Below are positions 1 through 7,907 of a DNA stretch of 32,000 nt, in pieces. Each line of letters opens with the position of its first letter. Within the stretch, counting starts at the first letter, position 1. This DNA is from an uncultured Chloroflexia bacterium (GTDB lineage Bacteria; Chloroflexota; Anaerolineae; Anaerolineales; Anaerolineaceae), in assembly GCA_963704755.1 (NCBI GenBank), contig OY969938.1, positions 2,610,001-2,642,000 on the forward strand, read 5' to 3'. The notes under the pieces were generated by a model. It was not told the origin of the DNA. It saw only the letters and a program-made list of their open reading frames with translations, and did not search any database. The translations under genes were made by a program, and so were the position numbers.

Positions 1-1625
1 GGGTAGCTGACCACCAGTTCGCGAGTGTCGATATCACCGACCCGCATTGTAGCAGTGGAGCTTTTCTTTTCGATTACCGCCTTACGATAATCCTGTAAGG
101 AAACCACGCCGTGCAAACTGCCATCCAGGCTAATCACCGGAAAACCATGCCGCCCGGTGCGGATGAATTCATCCGACAACGCGCTGATCGGCAAATTGAC
201 CGGCACGGTATCCGGCTTGTGATCCATGACTTCCTCCACCCGGACCAATTCCATCACGTCCACGTCCTGGCCGTGATAGAGATGGATGCCCTGGCGGGTC
301 AATTTGAGGGTGTAAATGGAGTCTTTGTGCAGCCGCTCGGCGATAATAAAGCTGATGATCACGCTGGCCATCAACGGCAGGATCATGCGATAGTCGTTGG
401 TCATCTCCAGTACGATCAGAATGGCGGTAAAAGGCGCCCGCGCGGCAGCCGCAAAAACAGCAGCCATACCCACCACGGCAAATGCGCCGGCCCCTGCGGT
501 CGCGCTGGGGAACAAGTGCTCCATCAGGATACCGAAGGCCCCGCCCAAGGCAGCCCCGGAAAACAGCGAGGGGGCAAACACACCGCCCGAGTTTCCGGAC
601 CCCAGGGTAAAGGAAGTGGCTAACGGCTTGAGGAAGATGAGAAACACCAGCAACCAGAAGGAGAGGTTGCCCAGCAGCGCCGGTTGGATGGTGGTGAAAC
701 CTGCTCCAAAAATGTGGGGGAGGTTACTGATAATCGGCAAGCCCGCCATGGCCTGGTCTGGAGGCACCAATCCCTGGCTGAGAATGATGGGATAAATAAA
801 ACCGATCAAACCCAAACCCAGGCCGCCTACGGCGGGTTTAAGGGCATCCGGGAAATTCCAGTTATCGAAAATGTCCTCGAACTTGTACAGAATTTTAATG
901 AAGCCAACACCTACCAGAGCGGCCAGCACACCCAGCAGGGCGTACAAAATCAATTCCCAGGGCGTCTTTACGGTGTAAAGGGGGATCGAAAACGCGGGAT
1001 GATCGCCCAGGAAGATACGCGAAACGGTAGCAGCCGTGACCGACGAGAGCACCACGCTGCCCAGGTCACCCAGGTGAAATTCACCCAGGATGACCTCGGT
1101 CGCAAAAATCGTCCCGGCGATCGGGGCATTGAAGGTCGCCGCAATCCCGGCCGCCGAACCGCAGGCCACCAGGTTTCGGATGCGGTTATCGGATAGTTTT
1201 AACCACTGCCCGATCGTTGACCCGAGGGCTGCACCGACCTGTACGATAGGGCCTTCACGCCCGGCCGAACCGCCACTGCCGATACAAAGGGCAGAAGCCA
1301 CAATCTTGGCAGCCGCAACCCTGGGGCGGATCCGTCCGCCTTCGAGCGCGATGGCCTTCATTACTTCTGGAACGCCATGCCCTTTGGCCTCTTTGGCAAA
1401 GTAAGTGATAATCGGCCCGGCCAGCAAACCGCCTACCACAGGTACGATCACCAGCATCACCCGGCCAAGCGCAGAAAATGTTTCTCCGCCGGTTTGGAAA
1501 AAGAAATGTTGAACGATATCAATTAAACGAATAAAGACGACCGCTCCCAAGCCTGTCAGCAGGCCCAGAATCAATGACATACCCAGCAGGATAGTATGCT
1601 GCGAAAATTGCAGCTTTTCCACCAT
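1..1625 (-). CDS. ClC-family voltage-gated chloride channel with C-terminal CBS pair (3' end runs off the window)
   Basis: My own reverse-strand translation from ATG 1625 (MVEKLQFSQHTILLGMSLILGLLTGLGAVVFIRLID...) stays open to base 1. It contains the ClC signature GSGGSAGREGP (codons near 1250-1290) and GSGNSGGVFAPS. CBS-like modules follow (VMDHKPDTVPVNL...GFPVISLDGSLHGVVSLQDY). It is absent from the ORF track only because its stop lies outside the window. Confidence 0.85.
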   Translation of the reverse strand, partial: MVEKLQFSQHTILLGMSLILGLLTGLGAVVFIRLIDIVQHFFFQTGGETFSALGRVMLVIVPVVGGLLAGPIITYFAKEAKGHGVPEVMKAIALEGGRIRPRVAAAKIVASALCIGSGGSAGREGPIVQVGAALGSTIGQWLKLSDNRIRNLVACGSAAGIAATFNAPIAGTIFATEVILGEFHLGDLGSVVLSSVTAATVSRIFLGDHPAFSIPLYTVKTPWELILYALLGVLAALVGVGFIKILYKFEDIFDNWNFPDALKPAVGGLGLGLIGFIYPIILSQGLVPPDQAMAGLPIISNLPHIFGAGFTTIQPALLGNLSFWLLVFLIFLKPLATSFTLGSGNSGGVFAPSLFSGAALGGAFGILMEHLFPSATAGAGAFAVVGMAAVFAAAARAPFTAILIVLEMTNDYRMILPLMASVIISFIIAERLHKDSIYTLKLTRQGIHLYHGQDVDVMELVRVEEVMDHKPDTVPVNLPISALSDEFIRTGRHGFPVISLDGSLHGVVSLQDYRKAVIEKKSSTATMRVGDIDTRELVVSY

Positions 1626-2098
1626 CCATGCTATCCTTGCCTTTCTTGTTGAGACGCTTGCCTCCATATACTTCCTTTCAAAGCAAGATTGTAACAGAAC
1701 GGAAAAAGTAACTTCCCGGTTTCTTCAAGCTTGTTCTTAATGGTGTAAAAGAAGTCTGATAACTTCTTAGTTTTAAACCTGACCCATAAAATCTTGCCTG
1801 CGATAATATATAGATTCCCCGTCTCATATTCGCGGGCACGGATGCAAGAAAAAAATCTGTTACCATTAAAATCAGTCCTTACGTCCGCACCTGCTAACAT
1901 GAGTCCGGTAGGATTCCGGTTCAAGGTGACTTGCAGACTGTTAAAATATTATAAGACTGTTTGTACACAGTTTAATGCCTGATTTTAGGTTAATTTCGTC
2001 ACTTTTTGGGTAAAACCGGGGGTCCTGAGATAGGTAGTAGTTAATTAACCTATGCTATGACCAGAGGAGTACCGCACATATCCTGTTCCCTTCCCAGG

Positions 2099-2107
2099 TG
2101 ATATAAT
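2099..2107 (+). promoter_or_regulatory. Extended -10 promoter (TGaTATAAT) predicting a leaderless dsbA-like/dNK transcript
   Basis: TGATATAAT lies at 2099-2107, with only 6 nt (cgcgcc) before ATG 2114 and no Shine-Dalgarno in between. A transcription start about 7 nt after the -10 would fall on the ATG. Confidence 0.45.
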
Positions 2108-2113
2108 CGCGCC

Positions 2114-2917
2114 ATGAACGAAAATTTGACTCCTCGCGCTGATTCGACCCATTCACGGCGGTTGATCCGAAAGTCTGCGCCGCTATCCCCAGCAGTGGGT
2201 ATACTTCTTTTGGCCATCTTTTTCGGTTTTGGGGTAGGTACAGGTTACCTGGTCTGGGGCCGGCAGTTGGCCGCTGTCCAACTCCAATTAAGCCAGGCCA
2301 ACGGCAATTCAGCCGATAACCCGGTGGATGTGGCCCAACAAGGCACTGCGGATCCCAATGGAATCCAGCAGGTAACCCGCTACCCGGTCAGCGAGGATGA
2401 CGACCCGGTTTACGGGCCGGCCGATGCGCCTATTACGATCATCGAATTCAGTGACTTCGAATGTCCTTACTGCCTGAAATGGGAAAACGAAGTCTGGCCC
2501 CAGTTGAAAGAACAATACGCCGGGAAGATCCGCCTGGTATACCGCGATTTTCCGCTGGCCGGTCACGCCGATGCCAAACCGGCCGCCCTGGCCGCCGACT
2601 GCGCCAACGAGCAAGGCAAATACTGGGAATATCACGATTTGCTCTTCGATGGCGGCCTGACTCTCAGCCGCACTACGTATGAAACCTATGCCAGCCAGAT
2701 CGGCTTGAACATGGATAGCTTCCGCCAGTGTCTTGACGATCAGCGCTACGCCAGCGAGGTGGAGGGCGACCTGCAATACGCCGAAAACCTGGGGGTCCAG
2801 GCGACTCCCACCTTTTTCGTCAACGGCATCGCTGTAGTTGGCGCCCAACCCTTTGAAATCTTCAAAAATTTGATCGACGCAGAACTGGCCGGCAAACTTT
2901 CAAAGGGGACCAAATGA
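2114..2917 (+). CDS. Membrane-anchored DsbA-family thiol:disulfide oxidoreductase
   Basis: 267 aa. N-terminal TM helix (AVGILLLAIFFGFGVGTGYLVW), thioredoxin CxxC site FECPYC, and DsbA-like C-terminal half (GVQATPTFFVNG). Confidence 0.85.
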   Translation: MNENLTPRADSTHSRRLIRKSAPLSPAVGILLLAIFFGFGVGTGYLVWGRQLAAVQLQLSQANGNSADNPVDVAQQGTADPNGIQQVTRYPVSEDDDPVYGPADAPITIIEFSDFECPYCLKWENEVWPQLKEQYAGKIRLVYRDFPLAGHADAKPAALAADCANEQGKYWEYHDLLFDGGLTLSRTTYETYASQIGLNMDSFRQCLDDQRYASEVEGDLQYAENLGVQATPTFFVNGIAVVGAQPFEIFKNLIDAELAGKLSKGTK

Positions 2918-3576
2918 AAAAATTCATTGCCGTCGCCGGAAATATCGGCGTTGGCAAATCGACCCTGGTGCAGCTCTTGTGCGAACAGCTTGGCTGGGAG
3001 CCCTTTTTCGAGCCGGTCACCGGGAACCCCTACCTGGCTGATTTTTACGACAACATGTCCGCCTGGAGTTTTCATTCCCAGGTATTCTTCCTGACCCATC
3101 GCTTGCGCATCCACCAGCAAATTTTGCGCTTCGAAGGACCGGTCATCCAGGACCGCAGCATCTACGAGGACGCTGAAATCTTCGCTCACAACCTGGCCTT
3201 GCAGGGCAACATGAGCGAGCGTGATTACCAGACCTATTACGCGCTGTACCAGACCATTTCAGATTTTATTCCCCCACCCGACCTGGTGATTTACCTGCGG
3301 GCTTCGGTAAACACCCTCAAACAGCGCATTTCTCAACGCGACCGCTCCTACGAGCGGTCCATTTCTGCCGAATATTTAGGCGGCTTGAATGAGCTTTACG
3401 AGCAATGGATCCGCAACTTCACCATTTGCCCGGTCCTGACCGTGCCGGCCGATGACCTGGATTACGTCGCCCATCCTAATCACCTGGACCTGATCTTGAA
3501 GAAAGTGCAGGACAAACTCACCGGGAAAGAAGAAGTGGTCTTCCTGCCGGAAGAGATGAGCGAGCCGGAGATCTGA
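2914..3576 (+). CDS. Deoxynucleoside kinase (dNK family), paralog 1
   Basis: 220 aa. P-loop GNIGVGKST at the N-terminus, plus dNK-family blocks (FFEPV..NPYL..FY, DRSIYED, YLRASV..RISQRDRSYE). ATG 2914 overlaps the upstream stop (ATGA). Confidence 0.85.
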   Translation: MKKFIAVAGNIGVGKSTLVQLLCEQLGWEPFFEPVTGNPYLADFYDNMSAWSFHSQVFFLTHRLRIHQQILRFEGPVIQDRSIYEDAEIFAHNLALQGNMSERDYQTYYALYQTISDFIPPPDLVIYLRASVNTLKQRISQRDRSYERSISAEYLGGLNELYEQWIRNFTICPVLTVPADDLDYVAHPNHLDLILKKVQDKLTGKEEVVFLPEEMSEPEI

Positions 3577-3640
3577 GACCCAAGCCAGACCTATAGATAT
3601 GTCCTCGTTGAGCTTGCTCGAACCGGTGAAGGTTAACCCT

Positions 3641-3687
3641 AATTAGCGTTGTTTGTGGGCACAGAGAGTCCACAAACAACGCTAATT
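3641..3687. terminator. Long hairpin between convergent genes (probable bidirectional terminator)
   Basis: aattagcgttgtttgtgg (3641-3658) pairs perfectly with ccacaaacaacgctaatt (3670-3687): an 18-bp stem with an 11-nt loop, flanked by partially pairing ggttaacc. It lies between the dNK stop (3576) and the spoVS stop (3741). Confidence 0.5.
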
Positions 3688-3740
3688 GGTTAACTTGTTC
3701 AGGGGGTAAATATCTTGCCCCCTCTTTGATTCGCTACCCC

Positions 3741-4001
3741 TTAGCGAGGTTCGACAGTCAGCTTGATCGCTGTCCGCACTTTCCCATCAATGTCCACATC
3801 TACAAACTCGGGGATACAAACCACCGGTATGCCGTCTTCAGCTAGATAGCCTTTAGCCAACACCAACGCTTTGACAGCCTGATTTACGGCCCCTGCCCCA
3901 ATCGCCTGCACTTCGGCACGTTTATGTTCGCGTATTACGCCTGCTATCGCCCCTGCAACTGCAGCTGTTCGGGAGTTTGCTTTGACCTTGATGACGTCCA
4001 T
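3741..4001 (-). CDS. spoVS: Stage V sporulation protein S (SpoVS) family protein
   Basis: MDVIKVKANSRTAAVAGAIAGVIREHKRAEVQAIGAGAVNQAVKALVLAKGYLAEDGIPVVCIPEFVDVDIDGKVRTAIKLTVEPR is collinear with B. subtilis SpoVS as I recall it. The start was moved from the track's 4037 to ATG 4001 (86 aa), which has AGAAAGGAA upstream. Confidence 0.9.
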   Translation of the reverse strand: MDVIKVKANSRTAAVAGAIAGVIREHKRAEVQAIGAGAVNQAVKALVLAKGYLAEDGIPVVCIPEFVDVDIDGKVRTAIKLTVEPR

Positions 4002-4577
4002 GTCATGAATTCCTTTCTGTGATTGGTTCGATGTCAAGCAAACGATCTACGGAAATGTAATCATCTACTAAGTCTGTCGACATTGTACAAGAATTGCTAG
4101 ATAGTTACAAGTGCGCTGATAATGTACCAAAATATTACTATTCGTGATTCCATATGATGCAATAGGCTGCTTTCGTTCTTTTTTTTCCACAACCAGTAAA
4201 TTCTTAATCGTTTTTGCAGCCAGGCCCCTTTCTGCATAGTCTGGCCGGTATTTGCCTTCAAATCCAGGCAGGCCGGGTTGAAAAAACTGATTTGTTTTTG
4301 ACCAGGTCGATCCGCCAGTTGCAAAGTCCGTTTATCCGCATTTGCGCTGCGCTTCGATCACCAAAAATCCTGCACGTTTTGCTGTATAAGCGAGGTTCCA
4401 ACCCGGTGAACTGTTTTTCAACCAGAAAACAACCGGATCAGTCCAATTTCTGTTTAGAATTCGTCATAGCCGTAGCCATCCTTATCTTTATTTTGAATTT
4501 TAAGTTTGGCGGCCTGCTTTTGGGTTCATTATTCTTTCTCTTTATAAATATAAAGGAGTTGTAAACGTAGTAGGGGC

Positions 4578-4594
4578 TGTGGATATGTGGATAA
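4578..4594 (-). promoter_or_regulatory. Two abutting DnaA boxes (ATATCCACA and TTATCCACA on the minus strand)
   Basis: The plus strand reads tgtggataTgtggataa. It is preceded by GGGGC (4573-4577), TAGTAG (4568-4573) and the AT-rich tract. Confidence 0.6.
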
Positions 4595-4758
4595 AGCTGC
4601 GCAATTCAGTAATACCGGAATATATGGGGATCTCTAAATGGTTTACCCCCACTTCTAGGATAGAAAAACTGTTCCTTTATGAGAGCGAGCCTGTGGAGAA
4701 ATTTTTTCCAGAAAACACATTATCCACCTCCTCCACAGGGAAAATGATATACAGGCCT

Positions 4759-4800
4759 ACAAAGGCAGCGACCCCCATATATGGGGGTCGCTGCCTTTGT
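4759..4800. repeat. Perfect 40-42 bp palindrome inside the DnaA-box region
   Basis: caaaggcagcgaccccca-tata-tgggggtcgctgcctttg. Every position from 4760 to 4799 pairs with its mirror, checked base by base. Confidence 0.9.
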
Positions 4801-4833
4801 CTGGTAAAGAGTTATTCTGTTGTTTTTTCGAAG

Positions 4834-4883
4834 TTATCCACAGATCTACCTGTTTATCCACAGTTTTTGGCGAGTTATCCACA
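4834..4883 (+). promoter_or_regulatory. Three direct perfect DnaA boxes (TTATCCACAG x3) spaced 20 and 21 bp
   Basis: Read directly at 4834-4842, 4854-4862 and 4875-4883. The spacing is about two helical turns. Confidence 0.65.
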
Positions 4884-4940
4884 GGCCCGGGGAAAATAAG
4901 AACCTGGTGGGGAAAAACCGCCAGGCCGTATGTGGGTACC

Positions 4941-5954
4941 TTAAAGGCCATTTTCGCGGCTGAAACGGTCCTGGGTCTCTTCGACCACATCCAGATAAGC
5001 GTCCAGCGAATGGTAACGGGTTTCCATATTCTCAACGGATAGGCCAACTTCCCGGCAGGCATTCTGCCAGGTGGCCTTCAGCGGCGCTGTTTCGTCCAGA
5101 TTGGCGCTGGCATCCGTCCAGGTCCGCAGGATCAGCCACAGGGCCGAGGCAGGGTTCTCCCCCAGCAAAGCATCGGCGCCTTGATAGTAATAGGAATACC
5201 GTACCGCAGAAAGCCGTGGGGAGGCCTCGCTGTTCTCACCGGCTGCTTTGAGTGCATCCGACCAGTTGACCAGCCAGCCGCGGGCCGTCTCAGATTCGAC
5301 CTCACTGCCTTCGCCAGAGGTGAACAGGTCTACCAGTCCAGGCGCCAGTCCGGGCGCGCCGGCGGATTCAGCCCGCTCGGGAAATTGTAAAATGAAGCGC
5401 CTTTCGGTCAACGGTGCACCGCTCAAAAGCGCTACACTGTTGGCGGCATTCTCCAGGCAGGTCAGGTATTTGCTTATCTGGGCCGGGCTGCCCTGCGGCT
5501 TTTCTTCACTCAACTCCTGCCAGGCGCGCCGGGCCGCATCGGCCAACTTGCGCGCACGGGCGGAAATATATTCGGGGTTGTAAAATTGGGAGCTGGCGCT
5601 GGCCTGGATGAATTCGAACCAATGGCCTGCATCGAACAGGCAGACCGGCCCTTCGACCAGGTAAGTGCCCAGCCAGGGATCCTCTCGCAGCCGGCGAGGT
5701 TGGCGAAAGTTGCCCTCCGAGTAATGGGCAATGTCCAGGTGAACTTCATCGTTGAGACGGATGATCTCGCGTGGATAGGGGGGCTCACTGGTGTGAACGA
5801 AAACCAGGTCGATGTCGGTAGTGCCGCCCAGCAGCGGCTCGTCGCTCAGTAAAGAGCCGGTCAAATAGATGCAGACCAACCCTCGATCACGGCGGGCATA
5901 TTTTTCTACCGATTCACGGGCAACTTTGTGGAGAAGTTCTTTGGTGATGCGCAT
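4941..5954 (-). CDS. Nucleotidyltransferase-domain protein (Pol-beta superfamily NTase plus helical C-terminal region)
   Basis: 337 aa. The N-terminal LTGSLLSDEPLLGGTTDIDLVFV fits the G[SG]-x(n)-DxD minimal NTase motif. The rest is not recognised. Confidence 0.55.
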   Translation of the reverse strand: MRITKELLHKVARESVEKYARRDRGLVCIYLTGSLLSDEPLLGGTTDIDLVFVHTSEPPYPREIIRLNDEVHLDIAHYSEGNFRQPRRLREDPWLGTYLVEGPVCLFDAGHWFEFIQASASSQFYNPEYISARARKLADAARRAWQELSEEKPQGSPAQISKYLTCLENAANSVALLSGAPLTERRFILQFPERAESAGAPGLAPGLVDLFTSGEGSEVESETARGWLVNWSDALKAAGENSEASPRLSAVRYSYYYQGADALLGENPASALWLILRTWTDASANLDETAPLKATWQNACREVGLSVENMETRYHSLDAYLDVVEETQDRFSRENGL

Positions 5955-6001
5955 TTTATCCCCTTGACAGTTATATTATACCCGTTGAGAGAGACTGTGG
6001 A

Positions 6002-6658
6002 TTACTCGGCAATCCCATTGGAGGACTGCATAGGCAGTTCGGGTTGGAAAGGCGGCAGCTCAAGGGTTTGGCGGATGCGGTTCTCGATCCAATCCAGGTC
6101 GCGTGAATTGCGGACAAAGTCCAGCTCGTTCGATTCGATGACCAGTACGGGTCGCTTCGGCCGGCCGGTGATGTAAAAATCATCGTAGGCCTGGTTCAGC
6201 TCGACAATATAATCCTGCGCCATATTCCGCTCGTAGGGGCGGTCGCGTAAGGCGATCCGCTGCATGAGCACTTCGGTGCTGGCGCGCAGGTAAACCACCA
6301 GGGCGGGGGTGACCATTTTTTCGGCCAGCGCTTCGTGTACCCGGTAGTACATTTCCAACTCATCGCCCTGCAGGTTGGTCCGGGCGAATAAGGCGTCTTT
6401 TTCAAAGGTGTAGTCGCCGATCAAATTCGGGTTTTGTTCCAGCAGATTGGGGACATTACGGTTTTGCTGGTGGTAGCGGCTGAGCAGAAAGAAGATCTGG
6501 GTCTGGAAGGCGTAGCGGGCCCGATCCGCATAGAAATTGCTCAGGAAAGGGTTTTCTTCAAATACTTCAAGCAGCAGGTTGGATTCAAAACGCGGCTGTA
6601 ACAGGCGGGCCAGGGTTGTTTTACCCACTCCAATTACGCCTTCGATGGCAAAATACAT
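6002..6658 (-). CDS. Deoxynucleoside kinase (dNK family), paralog 2
   Basis: 218 aa. P-loop IEGVIGVGKTT, plus EENPFLSNFY, GDYTFEKD and YLRAS..RIALRDRPYE blocks collinear with paralog 1. Confidence 0.85.
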   Translation of the reverse strand: MYFAIEGVIGVGKTTLARLLQPRFESNLLLEVFEENPFLSNFYADRARYAFQTQIFFLLSRYHQQNRNVPNLLEQNPNLIGDYTFEKDALFARTNLQGDELEMYYRVHEALAEKMVTPALVVYLRASTEVLMQRIALRDRPYERNMAQDYIVELNQAYDDFYITGRPKRPVLVIESNELDFVRNSRDLDWIENRIRQTLELPPFQPELPMQSSNGIAE

Positions 6659-6737
6659 AATGGCTCCGTAACTTCACGACTTATCAGGATAATGGATTAT
6701 TTTTGGGATGCTATGGACCCCAAAACAAAACAACAAA

Positions 6738-7760
6738 TCAGTTGGCGCGGGTGAGCGTGGCCCGCAGAACCTGGCGGTCGATCCCGCCGAAGCGGTATTT
6801 GTATTCCTCGTCGCCGCGCATGAAGTCGAACTGGCAGCGCTTGTTCTCGTTAGCCCATTGCAACTCATAGCCCAATAAAACCCAACCCGGAGAGTAGTCG
6901 TTGAAGCGGCGGTCGAAGCCGGAGTTGTACACCCAGATGCGGTTGAGGTAGTCGAAACTGAGATAAGCGGCCGCTTTCTGCCCTTCGATTTCCAGGAAGG
7001 AAAGGTGCAGGCAGCCCTCATCGAAGGCGCAGTGGATAATTTCTGCGAGTGTCTCCCGCATCGGCGCAGTGAGGAAAGCCGCTTTTTCCTCGTCTTGCTC
7101 CATCAATGACAGGAATCCCTTGATCTCATCGTCCAGGGCGGCTTTGTCCTCGGCAAGGTACCAGCGGGCCGGAACCTCGGCAGCTTCGAAACGGCGCATC
7201 TTACGGCGGATCTCGTGGCGCTGTTTCTTGTCGATCGAGGTAAGGTAAGCCTCCCAGTCCCCCGGCAGGCTAATGTAGGGCGAATGCTGCAGGTCCGCCT
7301 GCTGATAATCCCAGCCCAGACGATTGGCGGTTTGCTGCAGGGCTTGCAGGCTGGGTGAGCTGTCCAGAAAATTGTACAGGTCCAGCGTCTGCCAGTCTGG
7401 CAGGCCGGCGCCTGGAAGGAAATCGAACAAGGCGTCCATGAAAGGCTGCAAATCGTCCGGGCGGACGATGAAATCGAGGTAATCTGAAATCTCGATACTG
7501 CCCAACAGCATCAGGCTGGGACGTTCCTGGTGATCGGGGGTATAGAAGAGGGGCGCGATGCCCACCAACTGCCCGTCCTGCCGCCCGCTGACCAGGGCCA
7601 ACTGGGCCTGCGGCCACTCACCGCCGCCGCGGCTCTTCCACCAGGCTTGCAGATATTCGTGACGCAAAAAAGGAACGTGCGATACGCTCTCTTCAAGCAG
7701 CGCGTTCCATTCCTGGCGGAGTTCATCTGGAAATGTTGTGTGTAAAGTTAGTTGTATCAT
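6738..7760 (-). CDS. GNAT-fold acetyltransferase, CelD/BcsL-like (FemAB-like) family
   Basis: 340 aa. The C-terminal block FDYLNRIWVYNSGFDRRFNDYSPGWVLLGYELQWANENKRCQFDFMRGDEEYKYRFGG matches the CelD-like GNAT family from memory. A TATAAT (plus-strand 7772-7777) lies 11 nt upstream of the ATG. Confidence 0.7.
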   Translation of the reverse strand: MIQLTLHTTFPDELRQEWNALLEESVSHVPFLRHEYLQAWWKSRGGGEWPQAQLALVSGRQDGQLVGIAPLFYTPDHQERPSLMLLGSIEISDYLDFIVRPDDLQPFMDALFDFLPGAGLPDWQTLDLYNFLDSSPSLQALQQTANRLGWDYQQADLQHSPYISLPGDWEAYLTSIDKKQRHEIRRKMRRFEAAEVPARWYLAEDKAALDDEIKGFLSLMEQDEEKAAFLTAPMRETLAEIIHCAFDEGCLHLSFLEIEGQKAAAYLSFDYLNRIWVYNSGFDRRFNDYSPGWVLLGYELQWANENKRCQFDFMRGDEEYKYRFGGIDRQVLRATLTRAN

Positions 7761-7850
7761 ACCAAAGCAAAATTATACCCTTAAGAGCAGGTGTTGAAAA
7801 ACACCTGCTCTTTTACGCCGGCTGGGTAGTTATGATTCGATATCGTATTT

Positions 7851-7884
7851 AAACAAAAAAAGGACGGTTATAAAGCCGTCCTTT
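7851..7884 (-). terminator. Intrinsic terminator of the ferredoxin gene
   Basis: The minus strand reads aaaggacgg-ctttataa-ccgtccttt followed by a T-run (ttttttgttt). It lies 24 nt after the ferredoxin stop. Confidence 0.7.
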
Positions 7885-7907
7885 GGAAACCGAAACAGGT
7901 TTTCAGG

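Larger units (their letters stand above)
4440..4900. other. Candidate replication origin or DnaA-binding locus (DnaA-box cluster plus AT-rich tract)
   Basis: Perfect TTATCCACA boxes at 4834-4842, 4854-4862 and 4875-4883 (+) and at 4586-4594 (-). 8/9 boxes at 4578-4586 (-), 4692-4700 (-) and 4720-4728 (+), with further 8/9 boxes at 4183-4191 and 4332-4340. AT-rich tract at about 4480-4560. The whole 4002-4940 gap has no credible CDS. Confidence 0.5.

Noticed and set aside
1940-1960. LexA/SOS-box-like CTGT...ACAG motifs (actgtttgtacacagt near 1946, and actgcatatacagt near 21280)
   Set aside because: The spacing (CTGT-N6-ACAG, and CTG-N7-CAG) does not match the CTGT-N8-ACAG consensus, nor the GAAC-N4-GTTC type. 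These are single occurrences with no DNA-repair gene context.
1626-1990. Fluoride (crcB-motif) riboswitch upstream of the ClC gene
   Set aside because: I could not locate the conserved core elements on the minus strand by eye. The channel carries the chloride-type GSGGxxGREGP filter plus CBS domains rather than the ClC-F type. An Infernal scan would be needed for certainty.
4097-4899. ORFs 4097-4324(-), 4214-4564(+) and 4579-4899(+) in the spoVS-NTase gap
   Set aside because: They are AT-rich, lack SD or plausible starts, and show no recognisable domains. The third is read straight through the DnaA boxes, and the repeated 'YPQ' comes from TTATCCACAG. I treat the region as non-coding.
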